From assembly GCA_043821485.1 (NCBI GenBank), contig JBDRCU010000037.1, forward strand, positions 28,746-92,745: a stretch of DNA of 64,000 nucleotides, given 5' to 3'. This stretch comes from Parcubacteria group bacterium (GTDB taxonomy: Bacteria > Patescibacteriota > Minisyncoccia > 2-02-FULL-40-12 > IGHO2-01-FULL-4-A). A program made the position numbers and the translations under genes. The notes beneath the pieces were generated by a model. The model was given only the letters and a program-made list of their open reading frames with translations, made no database searches and was not told where the DNA came from. Positions within the stretch are counted from its first letter, which is position 1, and every line of letters starts with the position of its first letter. Shown in pieces: positions 28,613 through 36,881 of this stretch.

Positions 28613-28900
28613 CTAATTAGGTATTTTCTCTGTCATATCTCCGGATAATAATTTTTCTATCATGACTTTGTCAAAACCAATAACATATTGATCTCCTATC
28701 TGAATTACTGGCACGCCCATTTGATGCGTATTGTCGAACATCTCCTGACGTTTCTCAGCATCAACTGCTACATCATACTCCTCATACTTAATATTATTTT
28801 CCTTAAAGTATTCTTTTGCCATTTTACAATATCCGCAAGCAGGCGTTGTGTAAATTGCCACTTTCTTTGCACCATTTGATGCCTTGTTTGTATTTGTCAT
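28613..28900 (-). CDS. Glutaredoxin/NrdH-redoxin
   Basis: YTTPACGYC, MGVPVI, IGFD. Confidence 0.92.
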   Translation of the reverse strand: MTNTNKASNGAKKVAIYTTPACGYCKMAKEYFKENNIKYEEYDVAVDAEKRQEMFDNTHQMGVPVIQIGDQYVIGFDKVMIEKLLSGDMTEKIPN

Positions 28901-29047
28901 TTTCTTATTATTAATTATTGATATATAGATGCCTTATTAAGACTACTAATCCCCTGTTTGGGTTGCAGGAGTTTGTATCTCAACTATTTTTATTATATCA
29001 TACTCGTCAATCTCTCTAATATTTAAATGTGGTATAATCTAGACACT

Positions 29048-29488
29048 ATGGGATTCTTACTAAAAACAGCGTTATTTATCGTAATAGTAGTACTCGTAGG
29101 AGGATATATCTCCTACAATTATGACGATCTGAAACAAAAAACAACGGAGTTTATTAATCCGGCAATTAAGGAAGACAGGCTTTTGACCGAGCTTATGGAT
29201 GGCCTAGAGGGCCTCGGAGCGGATATAGCAGGGCTTGATCTCTCTGGCGAATCTTCTGAAATACGGGATGTATTAGAACGCAGTCAACAACTAATAGCAG
29301 AATCGGAAGCAAAGATCGTAGAAGTTAAAGGAATAAACGATAAAAAGATATCAACGATCAGTTCAGGCATAGGACGAATAAACGATCTCATCAGAAAACC
29401 TATTGAAATCTTCACAGACCCCGCACCAGCAGCATCATTCTCATATGAAACGGATGACGGCGAATATACTTGCGAATTAAATCAGTAA
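29048..29488 (+). CDS. Hypothetical membrane-anchored coiled-coil protein
   Basis: N-terminal TM helix; TGGTATAAT just upstream. Confidence 0.7.
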   Translation: MGFLLKTALFIVIVVLVGGYISYNYDDLKQKTTEFINPAIKEDRLLTELMDGLEGLGADIAGLDLSGESSEIRDVLERSQQLIAESEAKIVEVKGINDKKISTISSGIGRINDLIRKPIEIFTDPAPAASFSYETDDGEYTCELNQ

Positions 29489-29568
29489 TCAAAACGAAAA
29501 CGCCGCTCGACAGTGCGAGTTTTGTTTTCGCACTACCTTACGACGTGTCGTGGTACATGTTTTTCCTC

Positions 29569-30108
29569 CTATCCCTGGAAGGTTTCAGTTGCCGCGCCAT
29601 TGGCATTGGGCCAGCGGCGCTTGAAAAGTATCGGAACGAGGATCCTGACGGGGACCTTATGTAAGGCACCCTCCAGCCACAGGATTACCTTGAGTCCTGG
29701 GAAGAAGTGATTCAGACGCTCACAGCAAGTCTGACACAAGTTGGCGACATGGATATCTCCAGTCTGCTTCTTTCTGTGAACTGTCACCAACGTTACCGGT
29801 TTCCCGTTCCTCTTAGCAGCACAGTGCATGAGCCCCACTTCGGCACAGCTCGAGGACTGACCTATGGGAGTATCGAGTTGGAGACCATCGAACTCATTGC
29901 CCTGGCTGTCGACGCTAAGCGCGTACAGCTGGTGAAAGCCATGCTGGTAATATCCCTCCAGTGCAGCCTTGGCCCGTTCGACAAGTCTCTCATCTTCCCT
30001 GGTCATCGGCTCTTCAAACTTCAGAATCATCTGGACGTGTGCACTGTGGCATATCGTTTCCAGCTTTTGCCACTCTTCTTGGTCTGGTTTGTCGGGTTTC
30101 TCGCCCAT
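29569..30108 (-). CDS. Divergent cytidine-deaminase-superfamily protein (GC-richer orphan)
   Basis: SSCAE and LCQTCCERL match CAE...PCxxC zinc motifs; TTGACA-N17-TATTGT and SD AGGGAG. Confidence 0.65.
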   Translation of the reverse strand: MGEKPDKPDQEEWQKLETICHSAHVQMILKFEEPMTREDERLVERAKAALEGYYQHGFHQLYALSVDSQGNEFDGLQLDTPIGQSSSCAEVGLMHCAAKRNGKPVTLVTVHRKKQTGDIHVANLCQTCCERLNHFFPGLKVILWLEGALHKVPVRILVPILFKRRWPNANGAATETFQG

Positions 30109-30188
30109 CGGGTTCTCCCTTCTTCTAAATCCTGAGTTCCACGACAATAACAGACTATGATTTAAATGTCAAATCTACTTAATTCTAT

Positions 30189-30953
30189 TTATTCAAATGA
30201 AATCGAGTTTATTATGGTTTCTATAGGCTCTTCTCTGTCTTGTTGTGAAATTACAAAAGTATAATCCGGACCAGAAACTAATATCAGTCTCACAGCAGAA
30301 CAATTCCAATAATCGGAGCGCATGATTACCTGATATGCATCTTTATTACTAAAATTTATATACCCCTCAGAGATAACACAATCACTAGGTATGGGTTTCC
30401 CCTGTTTATTAATCATAAAATCCCTCCATTCTGTCAGGTTTATTTTCCAGTCATAAATATCAATAGGCTCTTCGTTGTTTTCTATATATCCCTCTGGATA
30501 ACAGATTGAAAATCCAAATCTTTCACTGACTTCTTTAATCCAGTCATTCGGACAAGACGACATAAACTTGTTAGCTGCTTCTATTGAGACACTCTCATCT
30601 AACGAGCCTCCTCCCCTACCCCCAGCCAAAGGTTGAACAGACATGAATACATCTCCGTTTTCATCAAGGCCTACTTCGCTTCCCATAATTTGTATTTCTT
30701 GATCATCAGTAATATCTAAAGTAGATTCCGATATGGACTTTGGATAAAATCCAGCCACAAGCAATACTAGGATACCAAAAGCAAATGCGTATTTAAAAGC
30801 ATGGTTCCAAGAAAATGAACTTGGATGCGCCACCACCGCATCTTCTTCCGGCAAAGATTCCAACATCTTAATCATTGCCTCTTTCGAAGGCTTTGCTTCC
30901 CTATATCTTTTCAGAGAATCCCTTATTAATTTTTCTGCTTTTTCATCATTCAT
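30189..30953 (-). CDS. Putative anti-sigma factor (single TM)
   Basis: Overlaps the ECF sigma stop; short cytoplasmic N-terminus, one TM, extracytoplasmic domain. Confidence 0.7.
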   Translation of the reverse strand: MNDEKAEKLIRDSLKRYREAKPSKEAMIKMLESLPEEDAVVAHPSSFSWNHAFKYAFAFGILVLLVAGFYPKSISESTLDITDDQEIQIMGSEVGLDENGDVFMSVQPLAGGRGGGSLDESVSIEAANKFMSSCPNDWIKEVSERFGFSICYPEGYIENNEEPIDIYDWKINLTEWRDFMINKQGKPIPSDCVISEGYINFSNKDAYQVIMRSDYWNCSAVRLILVSGPDYTFVISQQDREEPIETIINSISFE

Positions 30954-31512
30954 GATTTTGTTCTAATTTTTCTTTTAATTTCTTTATTGCTCTTGATTGT
31001 AATTGCCTTATTGCATCTTCTTTCTTCCCTGTTATCTCTGCTATCTCCTTATTTGATAAATCATTCACAAACTTCAATGTTATAATTTCTTTCTGCTCAT
31101 CAGTTAATCCCTCAATGCATTCCATTACAGTACGAATCTCATCTTTTTTAATTAATTCTAAATTTAATCCATCGCTCGAATCCGGAATATTTTGCATCAT
31201 ACTTTCTGGTTCTTCAAAAAGCATTTCTTTCTTCTTCTTCCAACCGTCAATCACAGTATTGCGTGCAATTGTAAAAAAATATGCCAATGGATCACTGCTA
31301 GTCTCTCTGAATCTGTCAATTGCCTTGAAAGCTTTTACAAAAACAATCTGCACGATATCCTCTGATTCTTCTTTGCTCCGTACTCTGTGATAAACATAAC
31401 GATAAATCGGCGTGAAATATATGTCATACAAAATCCCAAATGCCTGGCTATCGCCTGCTTTTGCCTTCAGAATCAATTGTTTCGGATCTTCGTTTCCATT
31501 ACCACTGGTCAT
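30946..31512 (-). CDS. ECF RNA polymerase sigma factor
   Basis: AKAGDSQAFGILY, EDIVQIVF, FTIARN, LSNKEIAEITG...QSRAIKKLK. Confidence 0.93.
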   Translation of the reverse strand: MTSGNGNEDPKQLILKAKAGDSQAFGILYDIYFTPIYRYVYHRVRSKEESEDIVQIVFVKAFKAIDRFRETSSDPLAYFFTIARNTVIDGWKKKKEMLFEEPESMMQNIPDSSDGLNLELIKKDEIRTVMECIEGLTDEQKEIITLKFVNDLSNKEIAEITGKKEDAIRQLQSRAIKKLKEKLEQNHE

Positions 31513-31606
31513 ATAACGATTATACTATAAATGTTGTGATTCGGAGTATATTCGATTGTTTAATATTGTCAAAATGTTATAATGGAGGGGTGTTTAAACA
31601 GTATAT

Positions 31607-32605
31607 ATGAAATATCCGCAAAGAGTACAGTTTCCAAAAGGGAAACAAAAAGAATTCCTATTTAATATAAAGAGAGTTCTCAAATGGGATACAAATGAGA
31701 TTGCGAATTTAGTAGGATTATCTACTCGTACTATACGTGACTGGCAAAGAGAAAAACTACTCATGTCATTACCAGCATTTAATAAGCTACTGAATGAATC
31801 TGGTATCCCTAAACCCAAAGGAATCAAAATCAGAGATCCATTTTGGTATACACAAGATGGAGGCATGAGAGGATATATAGCTTTAATAAAAAAGTACGGT
31901 CATTTCCCCAAAAATGAGAAAAAGCGAAAAGAGAAGTGGTATGAATGGTGGAATACCAAAGGCAAATACAGTCATCCACTTACAGTCTCCTCCCCCATCT
32001 CCCGACCTAGAAAATCTAAGGATCTAGCTGAGATGACCGGTATACTCCTAGGTGATGGTGGTATAACAAAAAACCAAGTTATTGTCACTTTAAATTGCAG
32101 AGATGACAAAGAATACTCAGAATACGTATATACACTAATGCAGAAATTATTTGGGGTGACTCCAAGTGTATATAGGCAGGAAGAAGCTTCTGTTAATAAG
32201 ATAGCGATATCCCGCGTCCAACTTGTAAAATACTGTGTAGAAAACTTGGGATTGGTTATCGGTGATAAAATAAGACAGCAAATAGATATACCCAAATGGG
32301 TTAAAGCTAATCAGAAATACAGCATCGCATGTCTTAGAGGCCTAGTAGATACAGACGGTTCTATATTCCTGGAATGTCATAAAATAAAAGGAAAGAAGTA
32401 TTGTTATCAACGCTTGAATTTCACTAGTCTTTCTGAGCCATTGCGGAAATCAGTTTTTAAGATATATACAAAATTAGGATTAACTCCAAAATTAAGAAAC
32501 AACAGATCCGTACAGATTGAAAAAAAGGAAGAAATAGCGTACTATTTCCGTACAGTAGACACAAGTAATCCTAAACATCGTAGACGCTTTGGAGGAGTCG
32601 GATAG
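31607..32605 (+). CDS. Free-standing LAGLIDADG endonuclease-like protein with N-terminal HTH
   Basis: Motifs LAEMTGILLGDGGI and CLRGLVDTDGSI; HTH TNEIANLVGLSTRTIRDW; stop codon lies inside tRNA-Ser. Confidence 0.88.
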   Translation: MKYPQRVQFPKGKQKEFLFNIKRVLKWDTNEIANLVGLSTRTIRDWQREKLLMSLPAFNKLLNESGIPKPKGIKIRDPFWYTQDGGMRGYIALIKKYGHFPKNEKKRKEKWYEWWNTKGKYSHPLTVSSPISRPRKSKDLAEMTGILLGDGGITKNQVIVTLNCRDDKEYSEYVYTLMQKLFGVTPSVYRQEEASVNKIAISRVQLVKYCVENLGLVIGDKIRQQIDIPKWVKANQKYSIACLRGLVDTDGSIFLECHKIKGKKYCYQRLNFTSLSEPLRKSVFKIYTKLGLTPKLRNNRSVQIEKKEEIAYYFRTVDTSNPKHRRRFGGVG

Positions 32606-32674
32606 TGGTTTATTCCAGCTGATTTGAAATCAGCCGGCCGCAAGGCCTCGTGGGTTCGAATCCCACCTCCTCCG
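32591..32674 (+). tRNA. tRNA-Ser(TGA)
   Basis: GGAGGAG/CTCCTCC acceptor stem, GCTGA-TT-TGA-AA-TCAGC, long variable arm, GTTCGAATC, G discriminator. Confidence 0.95.
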
Positions 32675-32758
32675 CATGTTGATCTGTACCCCATAAAGTG
32701 GACACGGGGTATGGTCTATATGTTTTCTTTTGTTAACATTAATCATTAACAAAAGAAT

Positions 32759-33196
32759 ATGAGAACAATATATTCAAGCGAGGAAATCGCCAAGTTAAAA
32801 CAAAATCCATGTGTATTTAATTGCACAGAAAGGTTGATCAATTACACCTACGAGTTCAAGAAGCGCGCATTAAAATTGCATGCACAAGGAGTAAGTGCGA
32901 GGGAGATATGGAAGCGATCGGGCTTCGATGTCGATAAATGGAAAAAGCATTACTTCAAAGGAACTCTCCGTGATTGGAAGAAGATCGTAGAGAAAAATGG
33001 GGTCGAAGGGTTATTAAAACCTGATGGTATACAATTCGACAGAGGACCGAACAAGACTGACAAAGACAAATTAAAACGTCTGGAACTTCAGGTTAGATAT
33101 CTTGAAGCAGAAAACGATTTTTTAGCCAAACTCCGGGCCAAAAGAGCGGAGTCAAACTCAGGCCGTGTGAGAAATACAGAATCATCAAAGAATTAA
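32759..33196 (+). CDS. IS3 transposase OrfA
   Basis: YTYEFKKRAL HTH region; LKRLELQVRYLEAENDFL leucine zipper. Confidence 0.88.
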   Translation: MRTIYSSEEIAKLKQNPCVFNCTERLINYTYEFKKRALKLHAQGVSAREIWKRSGFDVDKWKKHYFKGTLRDWKKIVEKNGVEGLLKPDGIQFDRGPNKTDKDKLKRLELQVRYLEAENDFLAKLRAKRAESNSGRVRNTESSKN

Positions 33197-34020
33197 ATGA
33201 TGATGCCAGTGTTCTTTGTTCATTAGCATATGTCTCCAGGAGTGGATACTACAAATGGTTACGAACTGCGGATCTGCCGGACAAGGACTATCCTGATTAT
33301 TTAAAAATCAAGAAGGTATTTGACAAAGGTAAGGGCAAATACGGCTGGAGAGCGATTAAAATGAGGATTCCAGCGATGAATCACAAGAAGATACAGCGGA
33401 TCATGAGGAAGTATGAATTGGTTGCCAAAGTGAGGAAAAGAAACCCATACAAGGCAATCATGAAAGAACGACTAGAACACAGGATATTCCCCAACAAACT
33501 CCAGAGAGAGTTTAATCAGACAATACCTCGCACCGTATTTTGCACCGACATCACCTATCTGCCGTTTAATCAACGGTTTGCCTACCTCTCAGTGGTAAAG
33601 GATGTTGCGACCGGTGAGGTGGTGGCATGGAGTGTGTCATCCGGTCTTGAGATGACACTGGTAACAGAAACAATCGAACAAATGGAGCCATGTGAAAATG
33701 CGCTGATCCATTCCGACCAAGGGTTCCACTACACCAATCCGTTGTTCATTGAGAACGTAAAGGAGCTCAGAATGAACCAATCAATGTCTGGTAAAGGAAA
33801 CTGCATAGACAATGCACCGATTGAATCCTTTTTTGGCCACATGAAAGACGAGCTGGATTACAAATCCTGCACATCTTTAGAAGAATTGCGTTTGAGAATT
33901 GAAGAATATATGAGATACTACAATTACGAAAGAAAGCAGTGGACAAGGAACAAGATGGCTCCGATTGAGTACAGAGATCATCTTTTGGCTCAATCAGAGG
34001 GGCAGGTGGTGTGTTCCTAA
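33118..34020 (+). CDS. IS3 transposase OrfB (DDE), expressed by -1 frameshift
   Basis: The -1 frame is open from slippery T-TTT-TTA (33118-33124): VSRSGYYKW, TDITY, HSDQGFHY, GNCIDNAPIESFFG. Confidence 0.9.
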   Translation, partial: FFSQTPGQKSGVKLRPCEKYRIIKELNDDASVLCSLAYVSRSGYYKWLRTADLPDKDYPDYLKIKKVFDKGKGKYGWRAIKMRIPAMNHKKIQRIMRKYELVAKVRKRNPYKAIMKERLEHRIFPNKLQREFNQTIPRTVFCTDITYLPFNQRFAYLSVVKDVATGEVVAWSVSSGLEMTLVTETIEQMEPCENALIHSDQGFHYTNPLFIENVKELRMNQSMSGKGNCIDNAPIESFFGHMKDELDYKSCTSLEELRLRIEEYMRYYNYERKQWTRNKMAPIEYRDHLLAQSEGQVVCS

Positions 34021-34079
34021 AGTGTCTACTAAATGGGGTACGGATCACAATTTACAATTTCAGAGTTTTCTTTGGTGGC

Positions 34080-35135
34080 TTAATAAATTGTACTCCACCG
34101 ATTTACAAAGAGTTTATTTTCCCCAGGAACAACTTGCCAAATATCGCCTGTTCGATCAACGTGAAGTAATTTTACTACCCAAATACTGTAATCGCTATTT
34201 GGAATATCAAAAGTAGTTGATAAATTGCCAGATGAATTATATCTGCGAACTTGTAATTTTACACCGGCTCCGTCACTTATCTCTGCCTGGATATAAAAAT
34301 TACCATTTTGATCTTCGCTCAAAAAAACTAGCGAGCGCAATCCATTTATTCCTACTACGATAGTTTTCTCTGTAATACCGGCTTGGCTGATAATATCTAC
34401 TGTGCCCCCGCCCGTATAATTGGTTTTATACCTTTTCCCACTCAAGCCGTAGATTCCGTCTATCTTTGTCACGCTTTCTGATTTTAAATTTCCTTCTGTT
34501 AAAGAAATAAGGTAGCTATTCTGTTGACTGTCAGTAATATATAATTTGTTGTCAAATATATATAATTCACCGTATGTATTTTTACTTGAAGAAATTTCAG
34601 AAAAAGCAGAGGGGTTTTCAATTTTACCCAACAAAGAACCGCTACCATCGTACTTGTATAGTGAGTAACGGGAACCCTGCGCGTAGCCATAAACATTATC
34701 GTCATCATCAACGACGATATCTACGAGTGATTGAGCTGTATTTATAATTGATAATTGTTTTCCACTAGAGTCAAAAACTTTTACCCTGCTGTTCTGGAAA
34801 TCAGTTATATAGAGATAATTTCTTTTGTCGGTAGAAAAGGACGATGGCCCCGACCCGCCCGCGACTCGCATAATACCGAATTGTTGTTCACCATCGCCAT
34901 AATCAAAGCTTTCCGAGACCATTTTCTTATAATTCGTATATGCCGAAGAAGTTGGTTGATTAGAGAGTTGAGATGTCGGATTAGATTCGAACGTGTTTGC
35001 TGCTTGCGTAGGAATCAGCGTTGGCTGCTGAGCAATTGGTTCCGACTTTTTTACAAAAACAAAATACCCAACTACACCTACAAGTAGGATGATTGCTACG
35101 ACCAAAATTATGTTTTTAAATCCTTTTTGATTCAT
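34080..35135 (-). CDS. Membrane-anchored NHL/beta-propeller protein
   Basis: MNQKGF plus TM; LYITDFQNSRVKVFDSSGK and related repeats. Confidence 0.75.
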   Translation of the reverse strand: MNQKGFKNIILVVAIILLVGVVGYFVFVKKSEPIAQQPTLIPTQAANTFESNPTSQLSNQPTSSAYTNYKKMVSESFDYGDGEQQFGIMRVAGGSGPSSFSTDKRNYLYITDFQNSRVKVFDSSGKQLSIINTAQSLVDIVVDDDDNVYGYAQGSRYSLYKYDGSGSLLGKIENPSAFSEISSSKNTYGELYIFDNKLYITDSQQNSYLISLTEGNLKSESVTKIDGIYGLSGKRYKTNYTGGGTVDIISQAGITEKTIVVGINGLRSLVFLSEDQNGNFYIQAEISDGAGVKLQVRRYNSSGNLSTTFDIPNSDYSIWVVKLLHVDRTGDIWQVVPGENKLFVNRWSTIY

Positions 35136-35255
35136 ATGTTTAGAATTATTAGTTAATAATTTTTATAACTTTATGAAAAAAATTCTTTTACCTCTACAGA
35201 TGCTCCTACAGAATTCAGTTCAAGCTATTTTTAATACACACCGCATAAACAGCTC

Positions 35256-35597
35256 TTAATTCCTCCTTTGTCTCTGCTCCCGAGTATCTGAAATATCATT
35301 TATTACAGCCTCTATATCTACTCTGTCTCTTATTTGTTTAGGTAATTTACGAAATAGTTCTCTTATTTTAATTGACTCTGTAGCATGCCCTGTATCAAAA
35401 TATATTCTAATAGTATCAAGAATATCCTGTATACACATTTTCTTATCTCTGTATAATTCAAAATTGTTTGACGGGGACCTCGTCATTTCTACACTTATCT
35501 TCGATCCTGCTATTACCAAAAATTTTCGAAAATCGTTCGAAGTAGTACATTTGTCTCCTTCCTGAAAACTTTCTCTTTTAATGGCTCGTTCGTTCAT
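35256..35597 (-). CDS. Hypothetical protein
   Basis: 113-aa ORF, TATAAT 7 nt before ATG. Confidence 0.6.
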   Translation of the reverse strand: MNERAIKRESFQEGDKCTTSNDFRKFLVIAGSKISVEMTRSPSNNFELYRDKKMCIQDILDTIRIYFDTGHATESIKIRELFRKLPKQIRDRVDIEAVINDISDTREQRQRRN

Positions 35598-35611
35598 ATA
35601 TGGGATTATAT

Positions 35612-36004
35612 TTACTTCTTGCTAGGATCCCCGTCAGGATCAAATGGATTATATTCACCTTCTTCTTCAAGTTTTGCCAATCTAGAAAGTTCTTTTACGC
35701 GCTCTTTCTCTATTCCAATAATATCTAGTATCCTCAATGTCATCTTTCTCGGTATCATACCTTCAGGAAGTCCGTCTAAAGCCTCAGTAACATTTTCGGT
35801 TTTACCCTCTTCAATAAATCTCTTTATTCTCTCTAGCGCTACGAAAACACTATCTTTAGATATAGGCTTATTTCCTTGTGATAAATTTTTATTCCATACA
35901 TCTATTTCATCCCCAAGTTCTGCCTTGGCATTTTCTATCTTTTTTCTTATTATCTCTTTTCGGGAAGGTTCTCTCTCTGGATCAAATTTTCCTTTTTCTC
36001 CCAT
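35612..36004 (-). CDS. Hypothetical charged protein
   Basis: ORF from MGEKGKFDPERE; the upstream in-frame part looks like AT-rich promoter DNA. Confidence 0.65.
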   Translation of the reverse strand: MGEKGKFDPEREPSRKEIIRKKIENAKAELGDEIDVWNKNLSQGNKPISKDSVFVALERIKRFIEEGKTENVTEALDGLPEGMIPRKMTLRILDIIGIEKERVKELSRLAKLEEEGEYNPFDPDGDPSKK

Positions 36005-36103
36005 AATAATCAAAAAATTAATTATTAACAATGATGTCAGCATAACATGCCTGTATCTGCGGTCAAATTGCAATATCTACAATATAAGAACGTCTAATAT
36101 ATT

Positions 36104-36385
36104 ATGACTTCCATTGCATTAGCAACAATTCTATATGGAATCTTTGGCGGACTCATACGCGGAGTAGTTGGCATTGCCAAATATCTTGAAAAAAACAAAA
36201 AAGAGAAAAAACTTCGCTGGGGCTATTTCATTTTTAGCCTCATGGTCGCAGGATTCATAGGAGCTATCGCAGGCGCAATATTAAAAGATGTAGGCTGGGA
36301 GATCGCATTGGTCGCCGGCTACGCAGGTACGGATTTCCTAGAAAGCCTATACAAAATCCGCGCAAAACAAGGCTTTGAGATCTAG
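36104..36385 (+). CDS. Small 3-TM membrane protein
   Basis: Gly-rich hydrophobic helices, AGYAGTDFLE. Confidence 0.75.
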   Translation: MTSIALATILYGIFGGLIRGVVGIAKYLEKNKKEKKLRWGYFIFSLMVAGFIGAIAGAILKDVGWEIALVAGYAGTDFLESLYKIRAKQGFEI

Positions 36386-36466
36386 AGCTTGTACTTTAGT
36401 CTCCATCTGCAGTAAAATGGTTATATAAATAACTAATTGCGTTAGCTTTTAGCTGACTCCAAATAT

Positions 36467-36880
36467 ATGAAAGTTCGACGTTTAGGAATACTGTCAACAG
36501 CTCTTACTGTTGCCACTTTGCAAGCGCTTCTAGGATTCTTTATAGCTCTATTCATATTATTAATGAACCTGGGCTTAGGCATAGTTTTCAGTGGAGCGAC
36601 AGGAGATCAATCTGCACTGGGAGCATTTCTAGGAATAGGGGCCGTATTAATAATTGTCCTTCCAATAATGCAATGGGTAGGAGGTTTCATAATGACTATC
36701 ATACTAGTAGCTATATATAATCTAGTAGCTGGATGGACCGGGGGTATAGATTTGCAATTTGAACAGCAACAGACATATCAGCCTGTACCACCTCAATCAG
36801 TACAGCAAACACCGCCACCGGTAGCACCTGAACAACAAATGCCTCCTCAGGCACCGCCTCAAATACCTCCAGCACAATAA
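36467..36880 (+). CDS. Membrane protein (DUF3566-like) with Pro/Gln-rich tail
   Basis: IYNLVAGWTGGI motif after the TMs. Confidence 0.7.
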   Translation: MKVRRLGILSTALTVATLQALLGFFIALFILLMNLGLGIVFSGATGDQSALGAFLGIGAVLIIVLPIMQWVGGFIMTIILVAIYNLVAGWTGGIDLQFEQQQTYQPVPPQSVQQTPPPVAPEQQMPPQAPPQIPPAQ

Positions 36881-36881
36881 T

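Larger units (their letters stand above)
32680..34047 (+). mobile_element. IS3-family insertion sequence (IS150-like)
   Basis: 26-bp imperfect terminal IRs TGATCTGTACCCCATAAAGTGGACAC / GTGTCTACTAAATGGGGTACGGATCA (4 mismatches), TG...CA ends, orfA and orfB. Confidence 0.93.

Noticed and set aside
31607-32605. LAGLIDADG ORF as part of a tRNA intron or intein
   Set aside because: tRNA-Ser is contiguous and complete, and no group I core elements or extein flanks are present.
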